A stretch of 64,000 nt of DNA from an uncultured Lachnospiraceae bacterium (GTDB lineage Bacteria; Bacillota; Clostridia; TANB77; CAG-508): the NCBI GenBank assembly GCA_964489885.1, contig CAZAZX010000003.1, forward strand, positions 29,036 through 93,035, written 5' to 3'. The translations under genes were made by a program, and so were the position numbers. Positions within the stretch are counted from its first letter, which is position 1. Each line of letters starts with the position of its first letter. Positions 1 through 12,473 of the stretch are shown here, piece by piece. Below the pieces are notes generated by a model. It searched no databases. It worked only from the letters and a program-made list of their open reading frames with translations, and was not told the origin of the DNA.

Positions 1-205
1 TTTATCTTATTTTATATTAACAAATCAAATAATGCAATATAAAACAAAAAATCTACTTCTTTTGTATTTAGAATTTAACTTTTGATAAGAACAAATAAAA
101 ACCTACCCAATCAACACGGCTTTAGCCATACTGGTTGTGCAGGTTTTTATCATCGATTATTCATCTTTACCATATTTTTCATCATATTCTTCTTGTGCTT
201 TTGTA

Positions 206-2160
<1,955 letters not shown>

Positions 2161-2187
2161 TTAGCAGTCGTTTTTATCGACTGCTAA
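2161..2187 (-). promoter_or_regulatory. CIRCE element (HrcA operator) in the groESL leader
   Basis: TTAGCAGTC-N9-GACTGCTAA is a perfect match to the CIRCE inverted-repeat consensus TTAGCACTC-N9-GAGTGCTAA. It lies between the putative promoter and the groES SD. Confidence 0.85.
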
Positions 2188-2188
2188 T

Positions 2189-2217
2189 AATTTATACCCT
2201 ATTGAAATAAATGTCAA
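2189..2217 (-). promoter_or_regulatory. Putative sigma-A promoter of groESL
   Basis: TTGACA-N17-TAAATT on the minus strand, immediately upstream of CIRCE. Confidence 0.55.
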
Positions 2218-2248
2218 TATATATTTCCATTTTTTCACATAGAATTCA

Positions 2249-2296
2249 CAAAAAAAAGCTTAGAAATCATTTTTTTATAACTTCTAAGCTTTTTTT
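2249..2296 (-). terminator. Rho-independent terminator after rplQ (bidirectional hairpin)
   Basis: Perfect 10-bp stem AAGCTTAGAA / TTCTAAGCTT flanked by an A-run and a T-run, 20 nt downstream of the rplQ stop. Confidence 0.6.
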
Positions 2297-2314
2297 GTAA
2301 AACAACAATGTTCC

Positions 2315-2848
2315 TTATATTAATTCAAGTATTGCAACTTCTGCTCCGTCTCCTCTACGTTGACCTACTTTGTATATTCTTGAATATCCACCAACTCTAC
2401 CATCGTATTTTGGTGCTATTTCGTTAAATAATTTTGAAGGAATATCAATGTTTACTCCATCAGAATCCTTAACTTTATTAACTTTAGTCATAATCTTTCT
2501 TCTAGCATTTAGTCTAGAAGGTTTATCTTTTTGTCTAGACTCTGTTGTTTCTTCTTTTACAACTTTAAGAAATTCATTTCCGTTTTTGCTTTTTGTTAAT
2601 TCTGTAACTTTATTTCCATTGCTATCTAATTTAGCCTTAACAACTTTAACATCAACCATTTCAAAATTGTCTTTTTCTTTAATTGCTAAAGCAATAATAG
2701 AATCAGCTATAGCTTTAACTTCTTTAGCTCTAGCTTCTGTTGTTACTATTTTCCCATGTAATAGTAGATCTGTTGTTTGGCTTTTTAGCATTGCTATTCT
2801 TTGGTCAGTTTTCTTACCAAGTTTTCTATTTTTAGCCACAATTTTCAC
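2315..2848 (-). CDS. rplQ: 50S ribosomal protein L17 (bL17), 177 aa, with a ~55-aa internal insertion
   Basis: The N-terminal ~60 aa and C-terminal ~55 aa ([25 protein letters not shown]) match L17. The lysine-rich middle segment has no counterpart in ~120-aa L17 proteins. Confidence 0.85.
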   Translation of the reverse strand: MKIVAKNRKLGKKTDQRIAMLKSQTTDLLLHGKIVTTEARAKEVKAIADSIIALAIKEKDNFEMVDVKVVKAKLDSNGNKVTELTKSKNGNEFLKVVKEETTESRQKDKPSRLNARRKIMTKVNKVKDSDGVNIDIPSKLFNEIAPKYDGRVGGYSRIYKVGQRRGDGAEVAILELI

Positions 2849-2874
2849 CTTCCTTGTAATATTTTTCGTTAATA

Positions 2875-3831
2875 TTATACATCTTCTTCGGCAAAATCTA
2901 AGTCCAATGAATGTAATTTATTTGTTACTTCATCTAATGATTTTTTACCAAGATTTCTTACTTTCATCATATCTGATTGAGTCTTATTTGCTAAATCTTG
3001 AACTGTTGTAATTCCTGCTCTTTTTAAACAATTATATGATCTTACAGATAATTCTAATTCTTCAATAGGCATTTCAAGTATTTTGACTTTCTTAGATTCT
3101 TCTTTTTCTACCATTATTTCAGTATTTTTAGCCTTATCAGATAAATCAACAAATAATTCTAAATGTCCAGTCATTACTTTTGCTGCTAAACTAAGAGCTT
3201 CATAAGGTCTTAAACTTCCATCAGTCCAAACTTCGATAGTTAATTTATCATAGTCAACTCTTTGACCAACTCTTGTATTTTCAACAGAATAATTAACTTT
3301 TTTTACTGGAGTATAAATTGAATCAATTGGAAGTACATTTATATCTTGATTGTCTTTCTTATTCTTGTCTGCAGTGTTATATCCTCTGCCTCTATCAGCT
3401 GTTAAATCTACTTGAAAAACTCCGCCTTCTTCAACAGTTGCAATATGTAAATCTCCATTTAAAACTTCAAGAGTTCCATCTGTTATAATATCCTTAGCAG
3501 TTACTTCTCCAGGTCCTTTGAAATCAATGTGCATTATTTTTTCAGAAAGATCTGTCTCATCTAAAGCCTTTAATCTAACACCTTTCAAATTAACAATTAA
3601 TTCCGGAACATCTTCAACAACATTTGGTATTGTTGAAAATTCATGTAATACACCATCAATTTTAATGCTTGTAATAGCTGTTCCCGGAAGTGATGACAAT
3701 AAAATTCTTCTTAAAGAATTTCCAATTGTCATACCATATCCACGTTCTAATGGTTGACATACAAATTTAGCATAGTTAATATCTTCTTTTTCCTCTACGC
3801 ACTCTATATTTGGTTTTTCGAATTCAATCAT
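2875..3831 (-). CDS. rpoA: DNA-directed RNA polymerase alpha subunit, 318 aa
   Basis: Canonical RpoA N-terminal and C-terminal domains; conserved position between rpsD and rplQ. Confidence 0.95.
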   Translation of the reverse strand: MIEFEKPNIECVEEKEDINYAKFVCQPLERGYGMTIGNSLRRILLSSLPGTAITSIKIDGVLHEFSTIPNVVEDVPELIVNLKGVRLKALDETDLSEKIMHIDFKGPGEVTAKDIITDGTLEVLNGDLHIATVEEGGVFQVDLTADRGRGYNTADKNKKDNQDINVLPIDSIYTPVKKVNYSVENTRVGQRVDYDKLTIEVWTDGSLRPYEALSLAAKVMTGHLELFVDLSDKAKNTEIMVEKEESKKVKILEMPIEELELSVRSYNCLKRAGITTVQDLANKTQSDMMKVRNLGKKSLDEVTNKLHSLDLDFAEEDV

Positions 3832-3881
3832 CTTTTATCTCCTATTCTATATAAAAATATACCAACATTAATTTGTAGATT

Positions 3882-4508
3882 CTATTTAGAATATAATTCA
3901 ACTATTAAGTGCTCTTCAACTGGAATATCTACATCTTCTCTAGATGCTAAACGAATTACTTTTCCAGTCATTTTTTCATTGTCTTTTTCTAACCATGTTG
4001 GAACTGGTCTTGAATTGTTTTGTTCAACATTTGCTTTTATTGTTTTATTATCTTTTCTAATCTCTCTAACAGCTATAACATCCCCTGCTTTAACTAAATA
4101 TGAAGGGATGTTAACTTTTTTTCCATTTACCTCAAAATGTCCATGATTAACAAGTTGTCTTGCTTGAGCTCTAGATGTTCCAAAGCCTAAACGATAAACA
4201 ACATTATCTAATCTACTTTCTAATATTGTTAATAACTCTTCACCTGTAACTCCTTTTTTATTAGAAGCCATTTCGAAATATTTTCTAAATTGCTTTTCTT
4301 GCACTCCATAGAATGCTTTTGTTTTTTGTTTTTCTCTTAATTGTGTACCGTATTCAGAAAGTTTTTTTCTTTTTTGTCCATGTTGACCTGGTGCATAATT
4401 TCTTCTTGTTATACTACATTTATCTGTGTAGCATCTTTCACCTTTTAAGAACAATTTTTGTCCTTCTCTACGGCAAATACGGCATTGTTCATCTTTATAT
4501 CTTGCCAT
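3882..4508 (-). CDS. rpsD: 30S ribosomal protein S4 (uS4), zinc-binding form, 208 aa
   Basis: [16 protein letters not shown]...ERCYTDKC: an S4 N-terminus carrying a Cys4 cluster. Confidence 0.95.
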   Translation of the reverse strand: MARYKDEQCRICRREGQKLFLKGERCYTDKCSITRRNYAPGQHGQKRKKLSEYGTQLREKQKTKAFYGVQEKQFRKYFEMASNKKGVTGEELLTILESRLDNVVYRLGFGTSRAQARQLVNHGHFEVNGKKVNIPSYLVKAGDVIAVREIRKDNKTIKANVEQNNSRPVPTWLEKDNEKMTGKVIRLASREDVDIPVEEHLIVELYSK

Positions 4509-4551
4509 GTAACAATTACACCTCTTTCAAAATAAAATTTATATATCGTTT

Positions 4552-4944
4552 TTATACTCTTCTTCTTTTTGGTGGTCTACAACCATTATGTGGAATTGGA
4601 GTAACATCTTTAATCATGCTTATTTCTAACCCTGCAGTTTGTAAAGAACGTATTGCAGCTTCACGACCTGAACCTGGTCCTTTAACATAAACTTCTACAG
4701 TTTTTAATCCATGTTCCATTGCAGCTTTTGCAGCTGTTTCTGCCGCTTGTCCTGCAGCAAATGGTGTACTTTTTCTTGAACCTTTAAATCCTAGTCCACC
4801 AGCACTAGCCCATGAAATTACATTGCCTTGAACATCAGCAATTGTAACTATTGTATTGTTAAAGCTAGAATGAATATGAGCAGAACCTTTATCAATGTTC
4901 TTTCTATTTCTTTTTGCTACCTTTTTTGTACCTTTTACAGCCAT
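4552..4944 (-). CDS. rpsK: 30S ribosomal protein S11 (uS11), 130 aa
   Basis: Conserved S11 sequence and operon position. Confidence 0.95.
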   Translation of the reverse strand: MAVKGTKKVAKRNRKNIDKGSAHIHSSFNNTIVTIADVQGNVISWASAGGLGFKGSRKSTPFAAGQAAETAAKAAMEHGLKTVEVYVKGPGSGREAAIRSLQTAGLEISMIKDVTPIPHNGCRPPKRRRV

Positions 4945-4997
4945 TGTTTCTATTTCCCTCCTTATTTAAATGTAAAGAAAACTAAATAGTATTTTAA

Positions 4998-5363
4998 TTA
5001 CTTTTTGCTCTTGCTAACTAATTTTCTAGGACCTTTTCTTGTTCTAGCATTAGTCTTAGTTCTTTGACCTCTTACTGGTAATCCTTTTCTGTGTCTTAAT
5101 CCTCTATAGCATCCTATTTCTGTTAATCTTTTAATATTTAATGCTACTTCTCTTCTTAAATCGCCTTCTACTTTATAGTCACCCATAGCTTTTCTTATAT
5201 TGTTAATTTCATCATCTGTTAAATTTTTTACTCTTGTATCTGGATTAACACCAGCTTCTGCTAGTATTTTTTGAGAGCTAGGTAATCCAATGCCATAAAT
5301 ATATGTAAGTCCTATTTCAACTCTCTTTTCTCTAGGTAAATCTACACCTGCTATACGAGCCAT
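4998..5363 (-). CDS. rpsM: 30S ribosomal protein S13 (uS13), ~121 aa
   Basis: S13 sequence [14 protein letters not shown]... The listed ORF extends 6 codons upstream across the GGAGGTG SD, so the internal ATG at 5363 is taken as the start. Confidence 0.93.
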   Translation of the reverse strand: MARIAGVDLPREKRVEIGLTYIYGIGLPSSQKILAEAGVNPDTRVKNLTDDEINNIRKAMGDYKVEGDLRREVALNIKRLTEIGCYRGLRHRKGLPVRGQRTKTNARTRKGPRKLVSKSKK

Positions 5364-5528
5364 ATATGTTCGCACCTCCAATAATATTTTTTTAGAGTTG
5401 TCTTTCCTTTTTAAATTGAAATGACTTTAAAAATTCTAGACAATATATATAAACACAAATTAGATATGAAAGTTTTATATTATACATAAAACTCCTCAGC
5501 CGCTACCAATTTGTGTTAATACCAAAAA

Positions 5529-5642
5529 CTAACCTTGTCTTTGTTTGTGTTTAGGATTTTCACAAATAACCCTTATAACACCTTTTCTTTTAATTACTTT
5601 ACATTTGTCGCACATCTTTTTTACTGATGGTCTTACTTTCAT
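5529..5642 (-). CDS. rpmJ: 50S ribosomal protein L36 (bL36), zinc-ribbon form, 37 aa
   Basis: Hand translation of the minus strand gives [37 protein letters not shown] (C-x2-C...C-x4-H). It lies between infA and rpsM as expected and falls below the ORF-track length cut-off. Confidence 0.88.
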   Translation of the reverse strand: MKVRPSVKKMCDKCKVIKRKGVIRVICENPKHKQRQG

Positions 5643-5686
5643 TCTCTACACCTCCAAATAATTTTTAATATTTTGCATATTTAAAC

Positions 5687-5905
5687 TTATTTATCTCTCC
5701 ATATAATACGTCCTCTTGAAAGGTCGTATGGTGAAAGTTCTAATTTCACTTTATCACCAGGAAGAATTTTAATATAATTCATCCTTAGTTTACCTGAAAT
5801 ATGAGCTAAAACCTGATGTCCATTTTCTAATTCAACTTTGAAATTTGTATTTGGTAATGCTTCAACAACAGTACCTTCTATTTCTATAACATCTTCCTTT
5901 GCCAA
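5687..5905 (-). CDS. infA: Translation initiation factor IF-1, 72 aa
   Basis: Near-identical to IF-1 proteins ([19 protein letters not shown]...RGRIIWR). Confidence 0.95.
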   Translation of the reverse strand: MAKEDVIEIEGTVVEALPNTNFKVELENGHQVLAHISGKLRMNYIKILPGDKVKLELSPYDLSRGRIIWRDK

Positions 5906-6031
5906 ACTTTTCCTCCTCCTATATAGAGATTTTTATTGCTTTTCTTTTTTAGCAATATGCTATTTTTTGGGTATAAAGATTATTCTTCAGCCCAACGCAA
6001 CAAAATATAGCTTATACAGTATATAACAAAT

Positions 6032-6802
6032 TTAAAACAATGTCAATATTTCTGGCTCTTTTTCTGTAACTAAAATTGTATTTTCATAATGAGCTGACAA
6101 GCTTCCATCCTCTGTTATAATTGTCCATCCATCTTCTAATTCTAAAATATCTGGTTTTCCTGCAATAACCATAGGTTCAATTGCTAGTGTCATACCTGGT
6201 TCTAATTTAATACCTCTTCCAGCCCTTCCGTAATTTGGTATTCCAGGATCTTCATGCATTTGTCTTCCAATTCCATGTCCTTGAAATTCTCTTACTGCTG
6301 AATATCCCTTACTATGAATATATTCTCCTATTGCATGGCAAACATCACCTATTCTGTTACCTTTAACTGCATATTTTATCCCCTCGAAAAAAGCCTGTTG
6401 AGTTACATTTAATAAATCATAAGCATCTTTACTTCCTTTTCCAACAACGTAGCTTCTCGCAGCATCACCATTAAATCCATCTTTTAAAACCACTAAATCT
6501 ATACTAACAAGATCACCATCTTTTAATATAACTTGATCTGATGGTATCCCATGTATTACTTCATCATTTACTGAAATACATAAAGTTGCTGGAAAATTAG
6601 GTACCCCTCTTACTCCGCTAGGGAAATTTTTTTGTGCAGGTATACCTCCATGTTCTAAAATAAATCTTTCTGCAATTTTGTCAAGCTGTTTAGTTGAAAC
6701 TCCTGGTTTAATGTGTTTTTTTATCTCTTCATGTGTTAAATATGTTAATTTGCAAGCTTCTCTCATCAACTCAATTTCTCTTGAAGATTTAATATCAACC
6801 AA
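6032..6802 (-). CDS. map: Methionine aminopeptidase type I, 256 aa
   Basis: MetAP motifs; conserved position between adk and infA. Confidence 0.93.
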   Translation of the reverse strand: MVDIKSSREIELMREACKLTYLTHEEIKKHIKPGVSTKQLDKIAERFILEHGGIPAQKNFPSGVRGVPNFPATLCISVNDEVIHGIPSDQVILKDGDLVSIDLVVLKDGFNGDAARSYVVGKGSKDAYDLLNVTQQAFFEGIKYAVKGNRIGDVCHAIGEYIHSKGYSAVREFQGHGIGRQMHEDPGIPNYGRAGRGIKLEPGMTLAIEPMVIAGKPDILELEDGWTIITEDGSLSAHYENTILVTEKEPEILTLF

Positions 6803-6824
6803 TTTTAATCCTTCTTTCTAATTT

Positions 6825-7475
6825 TTATTTTAAATGTTCCATTGCTGTATTTACTAATTCATCTATTGATGTATTTTCATCTGAATGTAAATTATATAAT
6901 ACACCTGCATTTTCAAAATATTTTAAAAGTGGTTTTGTTGATTTATAATATGTTTTGAACCTATCTTGAACTGTTTTTTCGTTGTCATCGGAGCGTTGTA
7001 TTAAATCAGTTCCACATTTATCGCACTTTCCTTCAACTTTTGGTTTATGTCCATATTTTAAATTATAAATTGATTTACAATTTGGACAAATTCTTCTATT
7101 TACAATCCTATCTACAATTAGCTTTTCTGAAACATCTATATTTATAGCTATTCCAACATTTAAATTTAAACTCTCTAACAATTTATCTAAATGCTTTGCC
7201 TGAGACTGTGTTCGTGGATAGCCATCTAGTATAATTCCCTTATTTAAATTGTGTTTTATCAACTCGTCTTCAAATGTTTTCATTGCTAGTTCATCTGGAA
7301 TTAGTTCTCCTTTATTTATCCATTCTTTAATTTGCTTGCCAATTTCAGTTTCTTCTTTAGCCAATCCTCTGAATATATCGCCAATTGCTAAATATGTTAT
7401 ATCTAAATTTTCTGCAAGTCTTTTTCCAATTGTGCCCTTGCCTGCTCCAGGGGCACCTAACATAACTATAATCAA
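6825..7475 (-). CDS. adk: Adenylate kinase with a zinc-binding lid, 216 aa
   Basis: P-loop GAPGAGKGT and a lid with CPNC...CDKCG. Confidence 0.95.
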   Translation of the reverse strand: MIIVMLGAPGAGKGTIGKRLAENLDITYLAIGDIFRGLAKEETEIGKQIKEWINKGELIPDELAMKTFEDELIKHNLNKGIILDGYPRTQSQAKHLDKLLESLNLNVGIAINIDVSEKLIVDRIVNRRICPNCKSIYNLKYGHKPKVEGKCDKCGTDLIQRSDDNEKTVQDRFKTYYKSTKPLLKYFENAGVLYNLHSDENTSIDELVNTAMEHLK

Positions 7476-7539
7476 AATATTGCACTCCTTTTTTTTTTCT
7501 AATTCTTTTATATATTGTTCAGCTTTATAAACAACATAT

Positions 7540-7587
7540 ATAAAAATTAGCTAGGGCAAACCAAAATAAAGTTTAGCGTTTGCCCTA
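7540..7587 (-). terminator. Hairpin with T-run between secY and adk (internal terminator or attenuator)
   Basis: 10-bp stem TAGGGCAAAC / GTTTGCCCTA followed on the minus strand by a T-rich tract, located in the secY-adk spacer. Confidence 0.5.
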
Positions 7588-7609
7588 ATTAATATATTTC
7601 ATAATAATT

Positions 7610-8932
7610 TTAATCTAAGAATCCTTTATAGTGTCTCATAACCAATTGTGATTCCAATTGTAGAATCATTTCCATAGCAACACCAACTACAATTAGGATT
7701 GTAGTACCACCAAATGTGATATTGAAATCTGTAAACCTTAAAAGCATTGGCAATATTGCAATAAGTGCTAAGAATACTGAGCCAAATGCAGTTAACTTTT
7801 TCATTATTGAAGATAAGTAATCTGTAGTTGGCTTTCCAGCCCTTATTCCTGGAATAAATCCACCATTTTTCTTAATATTGCTTGATACTTCTGCTGGATT
7901 AAATGTAGCAAATGTATAGAAGAATGTAAATCCAACAATTAATAGCAAGTATACAAGTGCATTAATTAATGTATATGATAATGGCACACCTTGTGATGTT
8001 GATGTAGCCATTGAGAACTTATACACTCCAGCCCAGAATCCTGTTTGTTCAGCAATATGAGGATTAAAAATTTGTATAAACATTGCTGGAAATGTCATAA
8101 ATGCTGAAGCAAAGATTATAGGCATAACACCTGCCATTGCTAGTTTTAATGGAATATGTGTACTTTGTCCACCATACATCTTTCTTCCAACAACTTTTTT
8201 AGAATACTGTACTGGTATCCTTCTTTCAGATTGTGTTACAAATATAACTGCTGCAATTAAAATAATTGCACCTATTATTAATGCAATAACTGTAATTAGT
8301 CCAGTTGCACTAAATCCATTATCCAAAACTAATCCATAAGCTGTACTTATAAATCCTGGTAACCCTGATAAAATACCTATGAAAATTAACATAGATATAC
8401 CATTTCCAAGACCTTGTCGAGTAATTTGTTCACCAAGCCACATTAAAAATGCTGTTCCAGCTACAAATGACATTACAACAAGTAAACCTGTAAAGAAACC
8501 TGGATTTATAAATATACCGCTATGTTGATATGCAGCATATATACCGATTCCTTCAACTAATGATAAAGCAATAGAAAGCAATTTTGTATATTTATTTACT
8601 TTAGCTTTACCATCTTCTCCTCCTTCTTTCATCATTTTTTCTAAAGAAGGAATTATAAATCCTAATAATTGAATAACAATTGATGCTGTAATATATGGCC
8701 CAATTGACATTGCAAATATTGAAAATCTAGAAAAAGCACCACCAGATAGAATATCTATTACACCTGTAACACCATTAGCTTGTGAAGACATTTGTTCATT
8801 TAATTCAATAGTATCTACAGCTGGTACTGTTATAAAACAACCTAATCTAAAAACAACTATTAGAATTAAAACATATAAAAGTTTTTTTCTAATGTCAGCT
8901 GTTTTTATTGCGCTCCATAATGTTTTAAACAT
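7610..8932 (-). CDS. secY: Preprotein translocase subunit SecY, 440 aa
   Basis: Ten-TM SecY sequence at the conserved position after rplO. Confidence 0.95.
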   Translation of the reverse strand: MFKTLWSAIKTADIRKKLLYVLILIVVFRLGCFITVPAVDTIELNEQMSSQANGVTGVIDILSGGAFSRFSIFAMSIGPYITASIVIQLLGFIIPSLEKMMKEGGEDGKAKVNKYTKLLSIALSLVEGIGIYAAYQHSGIFINPGFFTGLLVVMSFVAGTAFLMWLGEQITRQGLGNGISMLIFIGILSGLPGFISTAYGLVLDNGFSATGLITVIALIIGAIILIAAVIFVTQSERRIPVQYSKKVVGRKMYGGQSTHIPLKLAMAGVMPIIFASAFMTFPAMFIQIFNPHIAEQTGFWAGVYKFSMATSTSQGVPLSYTLINALVYLLLIVGFTFFYTFATFNPAEVSSNIKKNGGFIPGIRAGKPTTDYLSSIMKKLTAFGSVFLALIAILPMLLRFTDFNITFGGTTILIVVGVAMEMILQLESQLVMRHYKGFLD

Positions 8933-9366
8933 TAAATCACCTCTGTCTTTCCACCAAGAGCTTCAATTTTTTCTTTGGCAGATTTAGTAAAACGTATAGC
9001 TGATACATTTAATTTTTTCTCTAAGTTACCTGTGCCTAACACAACAATTCCATCATTAACTTTAGATATAATTCCATCTTTTAATAATGTTTCTGCATTT
9101 ACTTCTGTTTGTGTTGATTTGTTAAGCATAGTTAATGTAACTTCTGTATAATTTTTTGCATGGATATTTGTGAATCCTCTTTTAGGTAATCTTCTATATA
9201 AAGGTGTTTGTCCTCCTTCAAATCCACGTCTTGTTCCTCCTCCAGATCTAGCTTTTTGTCCCTTATGACCTTTTCCAGAAGTTTTTCCAAGACCTGAACC
9301 TACACCGCGTCCCACTCTTCTTCTTGTTTGCTTTTCAACTGCTGGTTTTAATTCACCTAATTTCAT
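8932..9366 (-). CDS. rplO: 50S ribosomal protein L15 (uL15), 144 aa
   Basis: Gly/Arg-rich L15 N-terminus; its stop overlaps the secY start. Confidence 0.93.
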   Translation of the reverse strand: MKLGELKPAVEKQTRRRVGRGVGSGLGKTSGKGHKGQKARSGGGTRRGFEGGQTPLYRRLPKRGFTNIHAKNYTEVTLTMLNKSTQTEVNAETLLKDGIISKVNDGIVVLGTGNLEKKLNVSAIRFTKSAKEKIEALGGKTEVI

Positions 9367-9416
9367 TTAAAACTTGCACCTCCTATTTGTTTTGTTAAAT
9401 TTCTACTGTAGTTTTA

Positions 9417-9905
9417 TTATATAATATCTTCTACTTTTTTTCCTCTTTTTTTAGCAATTTCTTCAACTGTTTTCATATTTTTAAGAGCATCTAATGTAGC
9501 ATAAACTACATTTCTTGGGTTATTTGTTCCAATAACCTTTGTTTTTATATCACGGTAACCAGCAAGTTCAAGAACTGGTCTAACGCTTCCGCCTGCAATA
9601 AGTCCACTACCTTTTTCAGCAGGTTTTAATAATACGTTTGCACTACCGAATTTTCCTATATACTCATGTGGGATTGTTCCATCAACGATAGGAACTTTAA
9701 CTAAATTTTTCTTTGCATCTTCAATTCCCTTTTTTATTGCATCAGGAACTTCGGCTGCTTTTCCATTTCCCACACCAATGTTACCTTTTTCGTCACCAAC
9801 AACTATTAAAGCGCTAAATCTAAATGTTCTACCGCCTTTAACAACTTTAGCAACTCTATTTATAGCAACTACTTTTTCTTTTAATTCTAGTGAATTATCT
9901 TCCAT
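9417..9905 (-). CDS. rpsE: 30S ribosomal protein S5 (uS5), 162 aa
   Basis: Conserved S5 sequence. Confidence 0.95.
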   Translation of the reverse strand: MEDNSLELKEKVVAINRVAKVVKGGRTFRFSALIVVGDEKGNIGVGNGKAAEVPDAIKKGIEDAKKNLVKVPIVDGTIPHEYIGKFGSANVLLKPAEKGSGLIAGGSVRPVLELAGYRDIKTKVIGTNNPRNVVYATLDALKNMKTVEEIAKKRGKKVEDII

Positions 9906-9929
9906 AGTTATTTAAATTCCCTCCTTTTT

Positions 9930-10295
9930 TTAAAATTCTAATCCGCCTTCTCTTGCTGCTTCTGCCAACTCTTTAACAACACCATGGTATATGTATCCGC
10001 CTCTGTCAAATACAACATTTTTTATATCTTTTTCTAAAGCTCTCTTTGCAATTAATGCTCCTAATTCTTTAGCAGCCTCTTTGTTGCTATGCTTTGTCTT
10101 AATTTCTTTATCTAATGTTGATGCACTAGCTAATGTTACAGCTTTTGTGTCATCAATTATTTGAACATAAAGGTTTGTGTTGCTTCTGTATACGCATAAT
10201 CTTGGACATTCAGTAGTTCCAGAGATTTTTCTACGTACTCTTTTATGTCTTCTATCTCTTTGAAACTTTCTATCTATGCTAGATATCATTTCCAT
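9930..10295 (-). CDS. rplR: 50S ribosomal protein L18 (uL18), 121 aa
   Basis: Conserved L18 sequence. Confidence 0.93.
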   Translation of the reverse strand: MEMISSIDRKFQRDRRHKRVRRKISGTTECPRLCVYRSNTNLYVQIIDDTKAVTLASASTLDKEIKTKHSNKEAAKELGALIAKRALEKDIKNVVFDRGGYIYHGVVKELAEAAREGGLEF

Positions 10296-10311
10296 TTCAC
10301 CTCATTTATTT

Positions 10312-10851
10312 TTATTTTTTACCAGCTTTACCTTCTTTTCTTCTAATAACCTCTTCAGCATATTTAATACCTTTTCCGCCATATACCTCAGGTGGTCTTT
10401 TAGATCTTATAACAGCTGCTGTTTGACCAACTAACTCTTTGTCAATTCCTTTTACTATAATTTGATTTTGATTTGGCACATCAAATGTAATTCCTTCAGG
10501 TGCTTCCATTTCAACTGGATGAGAATATCCTAAGTTTAATACTAATTTGTTTCCACTTTTTTGAGCTCTATATCCTACACCATTTACTTGAAGCTCACGT
10601 GTAAATTCATTTGTAGTACCTATAATCATGTTATTTATTAATGTTCTTGTTAATCCATGTAAGCTTCTATTTTCTTGGTCATCATTTGGTCTAGTTAATG
10701 TTATAATATTTTTATCCATATCAACTTTAATGTTTTTGTGTATTGTTCTTGTTATAGTGCCTTTTGGACCTTTTACTGTAATAACATTACCATCAATTTT
10801 AACCTCAACGCCTTCTGGAACAACAATTGGTTTATTTCCTATTCTAGACAT
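10312..10851 (-). CDS. rplF: 50S ribosomal protein L6 (uL6), 179 aa
   Basis: Conserved L6 sequence. Confidence 0.95.
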   Translation of the reverse strand: MSRIGNKPIVVPEGVEVKIDGNVITVKGPKGTITRTIHKNIKVDMDKNIITLTRPNDDQENRSLHGLTRTLINNMIIGTTNEFTRELQVNGVGYRAQKSGNKLVLNLGYSHPVEMEAPEGITFDVPNQNQIIVKGIDKELVGQTAAVIRSKRPPEVYGGKGIKYAEEVIRRKEGKAGKK

Positions 10852-10881
10852 CTTGTAAATTTCCTTCCTTTCCTAATTATT

Positions 10882-11280
10882 TTACCAAACGTATGCTAAT
10901 ACTTCTCCACCAATACCTTCTTTTCTAGCTTCACGATCAGTCATAATTCCTTTTGATGTAGAAATTATAGCAATACCTAAACCATTTAATACTCTAGGTA
11001 ATTCTTCTTTTGATGCATAAATTCTTAAACCTGGTTTACTTATTCTTTTTAAACCAGAAATAACTCTTGCACCCTTTTCATCATATTTCAAGCTAATTCT
11101 TATAATTCCTTGAGTATTATCTTGAATTTCTTCAAAAGATTTTATATATCCTTCTTTATATAATATATCAGCAATTGATCTTTTCATATTTGATGCTGGT
11201 ATATCAACTGTTTTAAACTTTGAACTATTTGCATTTCTAATTCTTGTTAACATATCTGCAATTGGATCAGTTGTATTCAC
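10882..11280 (-). CDS. rpsH: 30S ribosomal protein S8 (uS8), 132 aa
   Basis: Conserved S8 sequence. Confidence 0.95.
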   Translation of the reverse strand: MNTTDPIADMLTRIRNANSSKFKTVDIPASNMKRSIADILYKEGYIKSFEEIQDNTQGIIRISLKYDEKGARVISGLKRISKPGLRIYASKEELPRVLNGLGIAIISTSKGIMTDREARKEGIGGEVLAYVW

Positions 11281-11320
11281 TCTTTTGCCCTCCTTTTTTT
11301 CTTATATTATTTATTTTAAA

Positions 11321-11506
11321 TTACCAACTTGCTTTCTTTACTCCTGGTATTTCGCCTTTATGTGCTAATTCTCTAAAACATATACGGCAAATTCCATATT
11401 TTCTAATGTAAGCATGTGGTCTTCCGCATATTTTACAACGGTTATAATATCTTGTTTGATATTTTGGTGTCTTTAGTTGTTTTACCTTCAATGATTTTTT
11501 AGCCAT
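11321..11506 (-). CDS. rpsN: 30S ribosomal protein S14 type Z (zinc-binding), 61 aa
   Basis: Short S14 with [23 protein letters not shown] (C-x2-C...C-x2-C). Confidence 0.93.
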   Translation of the reverse strand: MAKKSLKVKQLKTPKYQTRYYNRCKICGRPHAYIRKYGICRICFRELAHKGEIPGVKKASW

Positions 11507-11550
11507 GTTTTACCTTTTCCTCCTTTTCTCAAGGTTTTAATATATTATTT

Positions 11551-12090
11551 CTATTTTTTAAATGGCATACCTAATAGAGTAAGTAATTCTTTTGCCTCTT
11601 CGTCTGTTTTAGCAGTTGTAACAAATATAATATCCATTCCTCTAACTTTATCAATTTTATCGTATTCTATTTCAGGGAATATTAATTGTTCTTTAACTCC
11701 CATTGAATAGTTTCCTCTTCCATCAAAAGAATTGCTTGATAGTCCTCTAAAGTCTCTAACTCTTGGAAGTGCTACATTAAATAATTTGTAAGCAAAATCA
11801 TACATTTTTCCACTTCTAAGTGTTACTTTACAGCCTACATTTGCACCTTCTCTTAATTTAAAAGCTGCAATTGATTTTTTAGCCTTTGTAACAACTGGCT
11901 TTTGGCCTGTTATTTGGCTTAAATCATTCATTGCATTATCTAAAGATTTAGGATTATCTCTTACATCTCCTAATCCGATATTAATTACTATTTTTTCAAG
12001 TTTTGGTACTTGCATTATTGATTTGTAATTAAATTTTTTCATTAATGCTGGTACTACTTCTTTTTGATATTGTTCTTTTAATATTTCCAT
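11551..12090 (-). CDS. rplE: 50S ribosomal protein L5 (uL5), 179 aa
   Basis: Conserved L5 sequence. Confidence 0.95.
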   Translation of the reverse strand: MEILKEQYQKEVVPALMKKFNYKSIMQVPKLEKIVINIGLGDVRDNPKSLDNAMNDLSQITGQKPVVTKAKKSIAAFKLREGANVGCKVTLRSGKMYDFAYKLFNVALPRVRDFRGLSSNSFDGRGNYSMGVKEQLIFPEIEYDKIDKVRGMDIIFVTTAKTDEEAKELLTLLGMPFKK

Positions 12091-12110
12091 TTACTATAAT
12101 AGCCTCCTTT

Positions 12111-12419
12111 CTATTTTATTTTTGCACCACACTTTTTGCATACACGAACTTTCTCATCTTTTTCAATTGTGTATCCAATTCTTGTTGGTTTCTTACATTT
12201 AGGGCATACTACGTTAACTTTGCAAGCATTTATTGCACATTCTTCACTAAGAATTCCGCCTTCTTCGCCTTTTTTTCTTGGCTTAACATGCTTTTTTCTA
12301 ACATTAATACCTTTTGCAATGATTTTTCCATCTTTAGGCATAACTTCAATAACTTCTCCTGTTTTACCTTTATCATTACCAGATAAAACTTGAATTGTAT
12401 CGCCTTTTTTTATGTTCAT
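12111..12419 (-). CDS. rplX: 50S ribosomal protein L24 (uL24), 102 aa, with a C-terminal CxxC...CxxC pair
   Basis: KOW N-terminus (KGDTIQVLSGNDKGKTGEV) of normal L24 length. The C-terminal third carries Cys at residues 61, 66, 72, 75, 94 and 97 (CPKC...CKKC). Confidence 0.9.
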   Translation of the reverse strand: MNIKKGDTIQVLSGNDKGKTGEVIEVMPKDGKIIAKGINVRKKHVKPRKKGEEGGILSEECAINACKVNVVCPKCKKPTRIGYTIEKDEKVRVCKKCGAKIK

Positions 12420-12473
12420 TTAGGATTCTCCTCCTTCTTTTAACTTTTATTTGTTTATATAATACACATTTAA

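Noticed and set aside
100-160. Imperfect hairpin with A/T flanks downstream of groEL
   Set aside because: The stem has several mismatches (AACCTaCcCAAtCA versus TGgTTGtGcAGGTT), so a terminator call would be weak. It is not listed as a feature.
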